Assembly (NCBI GenBank): GCA_044892505.1
Contig: CM097882.1
Coordinates: 283,030,001 to 283,094,000 of the forward strand
Length of the DNA stretch: 64,000 bases
Reading direction: 5' to 3'
Origin: Schmidtea nova
Taxonomy: Eukaryota
Numbering within the stretch: position 1 is the stretch's first letter; each line of letters begins with the position of its first letter. Under the pieces are notes generated by a model, which was not told the origin of the DNA, ran no database searches, and saw only the letters and a list, made by a program, of their open reading frames with translations. This document shows positions 53,641 through 64,000 of this stretch, piece after piece. The position numbers were made by a program, and so were the translations under genes.

Positions 53641-54696
53641 CTAAATAGTTTTTGTGCCACAATTCGCTATTCGCACTGGCACTAATTTATTTTTGACTCT
53701 CACTATCTCATCACACATAGGTAAATCATATTTTTCTATTAATTTTAGATTTGGTTCGAATATGCATTCTTCACCTGGTGCATTCGTTACATCTGCATAA
53801 TATATTATTTCGCTTTTTGATGGTATATCAACTAATTGATTTATGAAAACTTCTCCTACCTCCTCAATAACCTCACCAGTTTGACCTTTTATTATTTTCC
53901 CGGTATTTAAATCAAGTGAAATTCCTTTTAACTGTTCCATAACGTCCATACCGATAAGGCATTTTACGGGGCTTCTTCTCATTACTGTTACCCAGTGAAT
54001 AATCTCCTGATCTCCAATCTTCAATTTTGCGTTAACTTTTCCTATAATATTCAGCAGATTATGCGACATTGATTTGATACGCTTATTTGTCGGCCTCATC
54101 TCTTTTCTTTCTCGACTCGTTAATAATTCCTCTGACACTATCGTATGACTTGAACCTGAATCTAGTAAAGCTTGCACTCTTCGACAATTAAACAAAACAT
54201 CGATCCGAGGTTGTTTTCCTTCCACCTTCATTGTCATTAATGCATAACTGCACGGTAATCCAAGCATATTTTTGCGTTCGATTTCCGCACTTGTTGGTTC
54301 AATTTTCTCTGATGTAATTCGAATCTCATCATCTAATGGTTTCATCTCTTTTAATTTTTCGTTTGGATATACAGGTGCTGTTGGTACAAATGTTGGAGTA
54401 TACCATCGTGTTAACGTATCAATTCCGCCTAATTTTGGCATTGGTTCGAGCAAGAACCTAGTTTCTGGTTCTGTTTTATTTTTCAATATCCCTCTTCGCA
54501 AATATTTCAACTCGGTATTACCTCCGTCATTGTTATTGTTCTGACTATTGATCTCTTCCGATTGACATAATGATTCCTCACTTTTTTGATCCTTTCTCAA
54601 TTGTGCTCTTACATTTGCCATTTCTTTGTATTGATGATTTGTAATGAAAAATCTGGCCAAAAATGGATACAACCGATTATTATTTTCCATGACCAT
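53641..54696 (-). CDS. Env cytoplasmic tail/linker plus aspartic protease (element 2)
   Basis: VQALLDSGSSHTIV...CLIGMD; same frame as the RT ORF, separated from it by a single TAG. Confidence 0.92.
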   Translation of the reverse strand: MVMENNNRLYPFLARFFITNHQYKEMANVRAQLRKDQKSEESLCQSEEINSQNNNNDGGNTELKYLRRGILKNKTEPETRFLLEPMPKLGGIDTLTRWYTPTFVPTAPVYPNEKLKEMKPLDDEIRITSEKIEPTSAEIERKNMLGLPCSYALMTMKVEGKQPRIDVLFNCRRVQALLDSGSSHTIVSEELLTSRERKEMRPTNKRIKSMSHNLLNIIGKVNAKLKIGDQEIIHWVTVMRRSPVKCLIGMDVMEQLKGISLDLNTGKIIKGQTGEVIEEVGEVFINQLVDIPSKSEIIYYADVTNAPGEECIFEPNLKLIEKYDLPMCDEIVRVKNKLVPVRIANCGTKTI

Positions 54697-57600
54697 CCGG
54701 AAATAGCGTATATTCTATGTGCTGACAACACTTGCGATACTATCACTTTCATTGTTACTGCAATTACGTAGATTCCAATTAAACCGGCACAAGCTTGCCC
54801 TAAGAACATAAATTTACCCCAAATCTTTTCCATTGTTTTATATGTGGCTCTTTTGAAATGATCGGGTGTTAACAAATATTCGTAGTTAACTTTTCCTTCT
54901 CCATTTGGTAATATTGTATCAACCATTTCTGAAATTACCCTTTCCTTTTTTGATGGAAATAGCAAGTTTCTTTGAGCCTCTTCGATGTCTTCACTCGCAT
55001 ACAACCCCATTTGTGCCATTTTATTCAATGACGTAAAATTTACCAAATATTCTAAATTTGTTAGCTCTAATTTATCAGGAGTTTTAACTCCTCGGTAGTC
55101 TGGTAACGCTACCCATGAATCCGGCGTTAAGCGATATAACGGAGCAAGTAATCAATTACATTGTAATATTTTTGGTTTAGCCTGTACTTCGAGCAATATT
55201 CGAGTGATTGGTTCCATAAATCGTAACTTGCCACCAACACTTACGGGTAATTCATTCGTACATTGTTCATATTTCGCAATCTTTACAGCAACTTCCTTAC
55301 ATTTGAAGCTGTACAAAGCTTCTCCAAAAATTCTCGTGAAGACCCCACTTTCCGATATCAACATAGGTGCTACCAAATTTGGGTTTGTGACTGCCATAGC
55401 CATCCGATTTCGAAGAATCTCTTTATTTAATTTACAGTCATTTAGGATCATTTCTCTATATACATTCTCCATGACGTTCTGACTAAAATGGAATAAATAA
55501 TCAATTTTATTATTAAAATAGTGCGTTAATTTAATGTCGCCTGTATAAACTCTCGTTTTTGCGTCTTCAACTATTCCCTTTGATACATAGACACCTTTAT
55601 AATTTGTTGCATACACCACTCTTCCACATTTATTAGTAGGTTCCTTTTTTATGAAACGCATGCGGTCCGTTGGCGATGTTGACATCAACACTGCACTTGT
55701 TTGTCTGGTCATTATCGGAATCGATTTAATTGACTCTTTTGGTTTATAATTCAGAGCAAAACTATCAGGTCTTTCTTTGAATTGTTCTCCGATTATTTCT
55801 TTAAAATTCATTGTCTTTAAATGAGCCAAATTACATTTATTTACTTTAACATCATAAACTAAAATTGATTCTCCCGTTTGACAATTTGTCTGTTTCATAT
55901 TGCAAAATGGATGTGTTTGCAATTTACCTGTATCATCATCAAATGCTCCTTCGAACTCTCTCAATTCTGTAAGGTACTCTTCAAGTACTACCGTTTTATC
56001 CACAATTTTACCATCCATTTTATACGGTTCACCTTCGCAATCACCATTTGCTTTCATGGTTCCTTTCACAACTACTGTCTCTCTCGTTCTATGATTCAGT
56101 TTGGCTTTTAATCGAATTTCCGAACTTATTTTTAATTCTCCGGTTTGAAATGCTGTTAAACCATTTTCTGGAAAAATTTCAACGGGTCTAGGTATTGCTC
56201 TCACTTTTATCAATGACGTGTGACTCCATTTTCCACAATAAAACACAAATGTTGTATGTTTGACAATACACTCTCTAACTTTAGTTCGTCGTAAATCTGA
56301 CTCTTGATACACATGGTATTTTACATCATTTTCGATTTGTAATTTACTCGGATAGGCATCTGGGCATTCTGACATATCTACCACTGAGTAAATCTTTCCA
56401 ATTTCGGTTTGGGAGCAATCATATGCAACCAATGACGTCGCTTGTGCAATAACTGTACACAAGATAATCATTGTAAACATCAACCATGGGAATATTCCGA
56501 TTCTCTTTGTTTTCGAACTGACTTTATCACATAATTCTCTTGTCTTTTCCTCATTTTCTTTTATATCTAGTGGTGGACACAATATCTTCCAGCCACCCTT
56601 TTCTTTTACCCAATTTATTAAATATTCATTAAGCATCCTGGCTGCCGTATCTATTAAATCATCCAACTCTTTCGACTTTACAAACGCATACGTTCCTATC
56701 TCTAAAATCGCATACGTCAAACTCGTCAATACTACCTCCCTATTCACTTCCTTTTGGATCAACTCTTCAAAAACCTTTCTCTCACAGAAATTATTTCCTC
56801 TACCAAATCGTTGTACTACTTCAGGAAGCCTATTTTTCAATTCTTTGACTATCTCTTCCACATCTTCCTCCACTTGTAATTCTATCTTAAACATTGGATA
56901 TATCGTTTTAAGCAGATGCTTTAATATCTGTTTTGTTTCATCTACTTCTTTTTCAACTCTTACCAAATTTCTCTTTATTTCATACAAAGTTCTAGGTTTC
57001 CCATTTTTATTGCTAACTTCATTAAGCACATCTGATTTTTGTCTTTCCGCTTCCTGTACCTGATCTCTCACTATTGGATTCTTCTGAAAACTGCCATCTA
57101 TAATAGTCTCATTTTCTTCAGTTTCTTCGATTTCCTCTTCCCCTTCGTCTGATTCTGAATTATCTAATTCTTCCATTCTTCCTACTTGTACTTCCTTCAC
57201 CGCTACTATTCGATTTATTACATATCCATTACTTCCCTCCATACTTAAATATCCCTCTTCATTTACTTCTAACGGTAAACACCCGCAATCATATAGATAC
57301 TCGTCATCATCTAGCAGTTCCCCTTTATACCTCAACGTTATGATTCCATCCGTTCCTAACATTTTCGAAGCTCTTCTACGTACCCTTTTTACCTTTGTGC
57401 ACCAATGCTCTTCAGTATATTCCGTCTTTCCACGCTCTTCATAATCTATTGCTATAACTAAATGATTCTGCTCGACTCTGTCTTTTCTAAGCTCTTTACC
57501 CATTTTCCTCAATAAGCTTTTAAGCTTTTTACTGTATCTAGTTCTCCCAAATAAATATGGTCGTATTAAATTCGCGATTTCTACTTTATCTTTAGATTCA

Positions 57601-58520
57601 AGCTCACATTCCTCGATCATTTTTAATTTGTCATTTATTTCATTTTCATCTCCACTATATAATGCATCATTTAACTCTTTTGTAATTTCAACTGGATCTC
57701 TTTTAATTATCACACAATCTTTTTGTAACGTAATTATTTGCAACTCGTTTTCATTACCTGGAATAAACCCACAATCTATTAAATATTCGTTATCTTCTAA
57801 TTTTCGATTTTTAAATCTCAACTCTCTCATTAATCCATCTCGTTTGTCTGTTAATTTATTTTTTAAATCTCTCACACAATCATTGGCGTCACAACGTATA
57901 CAATTTACACTTTTATCACTCTCATCAACAACATCAATAAAAATAAAATCTAACCATTCCTTTTCTCGAAACATTTTCCCAAATATTTTCATCATATCTT
58001 TTATTTCGTCTCTATCCTTTGAATTCACTTCACAATAACTCGCACATACATTAATTACACTTTTTAATTTCCTCATATTCAATGACATTTGACTCAATTC
58101 TTTTAGCGAACTCATTATTTTGGATGAATCTTCTCTTCTCGCTTCTATTAATTTTTCAATTCTTGTTATAATCATTGTCGATAATTCAATTCCTAGATCA
58201 TCTTTCACATCTTTTCTCCTCGATTCTTCTTCCGTCTTTTCTTGTGGATCATACATCATATGGTTATCCATTTCCTCGTCGGATTCAAATTTAGACATTA
58301 GCCGATCCAAACGTCGACCTATTTCTTTAACTTCGCTTTGGATTCTTTCTTTGAAATCATCGGGCTGAACAAATGCTACATTGTCATTCAGAGATTTATC
58401 ATTTTGAAATCGGATTGTCTTCTTTAGTATTGGTCTTTGGAACTTGTCGTTATTTCTGGGACATGATCTGGCGATATGTCCATACCCTCTACATGAGTGG
58501 CATTGAATTTGACCTTGCAA
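54609..58520 (-). pseudogene. CCHC - Ubl x2 - Bcl-2-like - signal peptide - gB/chuvirus-like Env - TM (element 2), with an in-frame TGA at 55152
   Basis: ORFs 55152-58520 and 54609-55046 share a frame. Ubl at about 57730-57955 and 57260-57465; BH1/BH2 at about 56580-56790; signal IGIFPWLMFTMIILCTVIAQA; env motifs co-linear with element 1; TM FMFLGQACAGLIGIYVIAVTM. Confidence 0.85.
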
Positions 58521-58586
58521 ATTAACCTTGTCTCTTTGTGGTGACGGTGATGTTGACGGAGATCTTGATTTAGCATAACAATTTCT

Positions 58587-59632
58587 CTACACATGTCCTT
58601 TCTTTCCGCAATTGTAGCAGTGCAGAGTATCATTGTTTCGTTGTTCCACATTGCTAAATTTATTAAAACTTTTATCACCATTACCTTTCATCCACTCTGG
58701 CCACATTCGCCTTGGGCTCTGCGTACTACCTTTGAACCAACATTGACTACTATTATGACCCATCTTTTGGCAATTATTACATTGGATTGGAGTTGGGCTT
58801 CTTTGGGATCTGTTTTTGAGCCAACATTGATTCACATGATGTCCCATTCTTTGACAATGGCTGCATTGTATTGGCATTTCTTTCTCCTCCATTGGAGCAT
58901 TAGTTGTTTGACTTGATTGGAATTTGGCTTTGAATTTTGGCGAAGGACTGCTATATTGTTGAAATCTGTTGTTCTTCTCAGGAGTTACTGATCGTTCTTG
59001 TTTTTGTTCCATCATTGCAAACGATTCTGAATTTGATTGTGTACTTTTCAAATTAAGCTCAATTTTCATGGCCTTTTGATTAATTCATCGAAGTTGTTGA
59101 AATCGACATAGCATAAAGCCTTTTTGATTTCCTTTTTAACTCCCGATAAAAATTGATCTTGCAACAGTTCCCTTACTTGCTTTGCCACTTCTGGTTGATC
59201 GGGTTTGGTTTCGAAAGCTTTTTCTGCAAGAGTCGTTAGATGATAAGCAAATTCACTTACAGATTCATCAGATTTTTGCATTCGATTGTAAAATTTTTGG
59301 CGCATAATCCTTTTGATATCTCCTCCGATCAATTTAGCGGCTAATGAATCTTTAAGTCTCATCCAGTCATTTCCGATTGTCCTTTTGTCAATTTGTTGCC
59401 ATACTTCTCTGGCTGCTCCCTTTAAATACAAGGGCAATCTTTGTATCATCGTGGCTTGGCTCCATCCATACGCATTGGCATACATATAATAGTCTGCCAT
59501 GAAATCGACAAATTCAACTGGATCTCCTCCATATTGGTTAACTGGTAGCTTTTGACAACTAGCGAGATCATTGCCATTTCCTGCATGACTTGTCGACATC
59601 GGCGCTTCATCATTACTATTTGAATTGCTCAT
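58587..59632 (-). pseudogene. Gag of element 2 (frameshift near 59066; TAG inside the third zinc knuckle)
   Basis: YGGDPVEFVDF..RLPLYLKGAAREVW, then CSHCQRMGHHVNQC, CNNCQKMGHNSSQC, CYNCGKKGHV*RNC. Confidence 0.9.
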
Positions 59633-60016
59633 ATTATTCTGATATTTCGTTTGGCTTCTTAATTGACAAAATGGTCGAGTTGGTAACGTTTTCTCTCGTC
59701 TAAATTTTAAAATATCAATTATTAAATTTACCCTTTATTAGTCTTTATTTTCTCAAACTTCAATTTTCACTTTTTCACGATTCAACTTTTATTCACACAA
59801 AAATTTCCAATTTATTTCTAAGAATTTACTTTTCAATATAATTAATTTATTTTCACAATTCTTTTTCAACTTTTTCAATATTTTCAATTTATTTTCAATG
59901 CTTTCAGTTTCAAATTTCTCTCAATATCTACTCTATTCACTAACGATATCACCGCTTTTCACACGTTTTATTGTAATTTATTCAATTAATTCTCCACCAA
60001 TTCTTCACCGACTTTG

Positions 60017-60034
60017 ATCACGTCGGGCTCACCA
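60017..60034 (-). promoter_or_regulatory. Primer-binding site, tRNA-Trp-like (element 2)
   Basis: Minus strand TGGTGAGCCCGACGTGAT matches the tRNA-Trp PBS TGGTGACCCCGACGTGAT at 17/18; 3 nt from the LTR end. Confidence 0.88.
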
Positions 60035-60037
60035 AAA

Positions 60038-60831
60038 TGTTGGGTATTTTGTTGAAAGTCGGTTCTAATTTCTGACTCCTGGTGTTCTTTTAACAAATAA
60101 TTAACCCAACACAATAACCTTTATTTCAATATCACACTTTATCACAATGATTGAACAATATAAGAACTGTCTTTTCACACTGAACTTAACTGCTTTCAAG
60201 TCACTTGCTGCAAGGGATAAGTCTCCCAACGGAAGATCTCCCTTTCTGGTGCGCAAACAAATGAATTAAATTTTACTCTACAACACTACCTTTTCGGACT
60301 CTTCTTCTAATTTTAATCTGTTCATTTTGAAATCTTATCTCTTCGACCACTGGCCCCACATTGCAATTTGCTTCTCCTTTTATAGTGCTTCCTCCTTAAT
60401 GCTTGATTGTTCTGTCTCCCAATTTTGACATTTTAATCTACGACTCAAATTAAACTGTCATATTGTAATTTAGTAGCTCTCGCCGTTTCCACATCCTTAG
60501 AGCAAATTGAACTGTCACTTCGCTTGAGTGGGTTTCTCTCCTCTCTCGGGCTCTCCATTGGCTCGGGTTTCCCATTGTCTCGGGCTTTCCCTTAGCCAAT
60601 TAATTCTTAATTAATATTTTAAATTTTTAATTGTTTCTTTCTGGGGACCCCCCATCGATTTTATTTTTATTTATTTGAATTTGTCTCATAATTTGGCACA
60701 CACCCATACCAATTTCCCCCATGATATATTAATTTTAAATTTTATTAATTTTTTAATTAATGTTTTAATATTTGGTGATTTTTGCAATTTTATTACTTTT
60801 AAATTTTGAGTCACTTTGACAAACCCCAACA
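60038..60831 (-). repeat. 5' LTR of element 2 (794 bp)
   Basis: Direct repeat of 45278-46071, adjacent to the PBS. Confidence 0.98.
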
Positions 60832-61992
60832 ATATTATAAGGTTTTAAAAATTTGAATCTTGGACCTTTCGAGGATATGAGCTTCGAACTCACCTTTGAA
60901 GTACCTTTACTTTGATATCTATATTATACATATACTATATAGTTTTGAAGATTTTGGATCCCTTGAAAGTTTTAAAGGTTTGAAGGTTTAACACTCACCA
61001 TTAACCTTTGTAAGTATGAGCATGATACTCACATTTCAAATACCTTTTGTTTGATATGTATATTATGAGGTTTTAAAATTTTTGAACCTTGGATTCTTTA
61101 AGGGTATGACCTTCAAACTCACTATCAAAAGTCCTTTTGAATGATATATAACTTGTAAGGTTTGAAAAACATTTAAGTTTGGACACCCCTTGAAAGTTAT
61201 TGACACACCATAAACCTTCGATGGGATGACCATCATACTTACCTCTCGAATACATTTCTAGTGATATATATATATATATATATATATAATAAGGTTTGAA
61301 AAAAGTTGAAGGTTTTAGACCTTTTGAAGGTTCAGGACCCTCCATAAACCTTCAAGGGTATGGCCATCCTACTCAACTCTCAATTGCCTTTCGAATGATA
61401 TATAACTTGTAAGGTTTAAAGATTTTTGAAGGTTTTGCACCCTTTTAGGTAGTATCACCCACCAACCTCGAGAGTTTGACAATAATACTTACATCTCAAA
61501 TACCTTTTGAATGATATATAATATATAAGGTATGAAAAAATTTGAAGGTTTTGCATCCTTTAAGGGTCGAGCATCCATTTTAGACCTTCGAGGGTACAAC
61601 CGTCGTGTGCACCTCNNNNNNNNNNNNNNNNNNNNNNNNNNNNNNNNNNNNNNNNNNNNNNNNNNNNNNNNNNNNNNNNNNNNNNNNNNNNNNNNNNNNN
61701 NNNNNNNNNNNNNNNNNNNNNNNNNNNNNNNNNNNNNNNNNNNNNGAAGGTTTTAGACCCTTTGAAGGTTCAGAACCCTCCATAAACCTTCGAGGGTATA
61801 ATCCTTGTATAGACCTCTCCAAGACCTTTCGAACGATACCCTTGTTTGAAGGTCTGACTATATCTGACCTTTGGAAATTCAAATTTGAAATTTGAAATGA
61901 GTCATCGATGAATGATAATGATGAAACATCGATGACCTCATGCCGATGAGTCATAGAAATTTTTATAACCCCCCCCCGAGGGGTATGTCTTT
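60832..61992. repeat. Diverged GAAGGT-rich tandem array ending in a TIR-like segment
   Basis: Recurrent tacc(t)tttg..tgatatata..taaggttt..aa..tttgaaggtttt..accc units of roughly 110-150 bp, ending ...gagtcat..ggggtatgtcttt. Confidence 0.75.
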
Positions 61993-62009
61993 ATTATGAT
62001 TCATTTTCT

Positions 62010-63845
62010 TTGTCTCCAGTACGCACACTGTGTAATTATTACGCAGGACTGTGTAATTATTACGCAGGACTGTGTAATTATTACGCAGGACTGTGTAATT
62101 ATTACAGAAAATTTATAAAGAATTATTCAAAATTTGCACGAATAATAGAATCGGTGTGTGGAAACGATAAAGACAAATTAGTTTGGTCACAAGAATGTGA
62201 AGGAAGTTTTGAGGAATTGAAGAAAGCATTAGCAACTACACCTGTTCTAATATATCCTGATTATTAGAAAGAATTTATTCAGGATACGGATGCTAGTTTC
62301 AACACCATATGAGCTGTTCTCTCACAGATTGATTACTTAAGTAATGAACGTGTTATTACCTATGGTTCACATACGGGGAGTAAACATGAAATAGGATACT
62401 GTATCATGAGAAAGGAACTTTTAGCAATTTATTACTTTGCACAGCATTTTAAGCATTATCTTTAAGGTAAGCGATTTCAGATAAGAACGGATCACGAGGC
62501 TATAACATTTATGATGACAACTAAAAAATCTATAACAGCAGATTTTCAGACATGGATAAACTTTTTGAGTGGTTTAGATATGAATATTAAATATCGAAAA
62601 GGAATTGATCATTCGAACACTGATGCGTTTTCGAGAGATAAATGTGAGAGATGTACACAGTGTATGAAAATTCATGAAGATGAAAATACAGAAAATGTAA
62701 AAACTAGATTGTTGGCAATGACAGCTACTAAACAAGGATTTCAATGACAAAAAGGTAATAAAGAGGTAAAACATATGAGAAAAACAATTAATAAAATTGA
62801 TACAAAAAGATTTAAAATAGACGAAGATTTAATTTTAACAAGAGAAAATTAAACTTGGATTCCAAAAGAAAATAGAATAGAATTTGTGAAAAGCATGCAC
62901 AAAATGCTGTGTCACGCTGGATGTAAGAAGGTAATCGATTATATTAAAGTTAATTACGATATGGAAGAATTAAATACAATTGCGACTCAATGTATACAAA
63001 GTTGTGAAATATGTCAGAAAAGAAAACTTTGACAACAAAAACAAAAGAAATAATTGTAAAAACAGAAGTTGTGGAACCTTTTGAAGTTATAGCGATAGAT
63101 TTTTGTGTACCTTTACAGACGAACATTTATGGAAAGAAATATATGTTGGGAATTATTAATAAGTGTAGTTGATACATTTCGTTAACAGCAGTTGCAAAGC
63201 AAGATGAAAAGCTACAGAGGATACTATTATGAAATTCTGGATATTAAATTATGGGGCACCTATAATTATTCAAGTTGATTGTGGCAAATTATTTGAGTCT
63301 AACTTGATAAAAGAGTTGACAAAGAATCACAATATACAGCTACAATTTTCTAGCCCTTATTATCATAATACTAATGGTTTGATTGGAAGACAATTTTGAA
63401 CAATACGAGATTTTATCAGTACATCATTAAATGACAAGCTTAAGAGGAATTGGGTTGAAGTGTTACTTGAAATCGAGTTTACTTTAAATGCAACTATTCA
63501 AAGCACAATTGGAAAGAGCCCCTCAAACGCAGTATTTGATTTCCAAATATCTAGAGAATGGAACAATAATAATAGAAGATACAACGATGGAAGTAAAATA
63601 GGACGAAGTACAATCAAAACAAAGAAATGTAAATTATAAAAATGAGAACCGGATACACCGAGATTTCGATATAGATGAAGAAGTTTGAGTTAAAGTAGAT
63701 GTGAGAAAAAAGAGGAAGACTGATAAATAGAACCTTTTATCGTTCTTAGAAAAATACATGCAAATAGCTATGAATTACGTGACAGAGATGGAAAAATGAT
63801 GGTCAGGAACGTTGAATGGCTAAAGCCTTTTAAACAAGGGGGATT
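62010..63845 (+). pseudogene. Third, heavily decayed Gypsy pol fragment (end of RT, RNase H, integrase)
   Basis: GLCNYYRKFIKNYS, TDASF, RKELLAI, RTDH, HKMLCHAG..CEICQKRK, SPYYHNTNG, with many stops; purine tract AAGGGGGA at about 63836. Confidence 0.88.
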
Positions 63846-64000
63846 TTATGGATATTTAAATAGCTAATTTATAAATAATATATATTGTATTATAAGTAAT
63901 CAATATTATTATATAGTAAAATTATTATAAGTATAAATGCTGGCATACATAACTGTCATTATTATTTAATTGATTAATTCGCCATTTTAAATCTTTGTTC

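Larger units (their letters stand above)
45278..60831 (-). mobile_element. Complete 15.55-kb Ty3/Gypsy LTR retroelement (element 2) with env between gag and pol
   Basis: Two 794-bp LTRs, 4-bp TSD ATAT (45274-45277 and 60832-60835), PBS, PPT, and gag/env/PR/RT/RH/IN ORFs. Confidence 0.97.
18165..61745. other. Assembly gaps (N runs) at 18165-18396, 22649-22801, 44738-44912, 46287-46727 and 61616-61745
   Basis: Read directly from the sequence; indicates a scaffolded assembly, so some indels may be artefacts. Confidence 0.99.

Noticed and set aside
53641-53643. TAG between protease and RT of element 2 as a programmed read-through site
   Set aside because: It lies inside the PR-RT linker where element 1 is open, and the element has other clear nonsense lesions, so mutation is more likely.
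18145-61954. ORFs containing X runs (18145, 22612, 44425-44995, 46250-46810, 61532-61954)
   Set aside because: Artefacts of translating through N gaps.
1-64000. tRNA or rRNA genes
   Set aside because: Only 18-nt PBS complements were seen; no cloverleaf or rRNA-like segment.

Overview
Very AT-rich eukaryotic repeat DNA with five N gaps, no intact cellular gene, and (TA)n/(AAT)n microsatellites. A flatworm such as a planarian is a plausible source, but that is inference only. Two distinct minus-strand Ty3/Gypsy (Metaviridae-like) LTR retroelements dominate the window and share an unusual layout: Gag(CCHC) - tandem ubiquitin-like domains - Bcl-2-like domain - internal signal peptide - chuvirus/herpes-gB-like class III fusion glycoprotein - TM - protease - RT - RNase H - integrase - extra cargo. 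The envelope gene therefore lies between gag and pol. Element 1 (<1 to about 17830) is one uninterrupted reading frame of at least 3900 codons that runs off the window edge, which is why it is missing from the ORF track. It ends in ankyrin repeats, has an IAP-type RING ORF in its leader, a tRNA-Pro PBS, and a candidate 3.2-kb LTR containing ORFs. Element 2 (45278-60831) is complete, with 794-bp LTRs differing at 2 positions, an ATAT target-site duplication and a tRNA-Trp PBS, but it is broken by stops and frameshifts. It carries a second type-I membrane glycoprotein and a REX4/ISG20-like DEDDh exonuclease after integrase. Between and around them are decayed Tc1, Tigger/pogo, Polinton-type polB, BEL/Pao and a third Gypsy fragment, plus satellites and fold-back repeats. 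All domain calls were made by eye from motifs; no database search was run.
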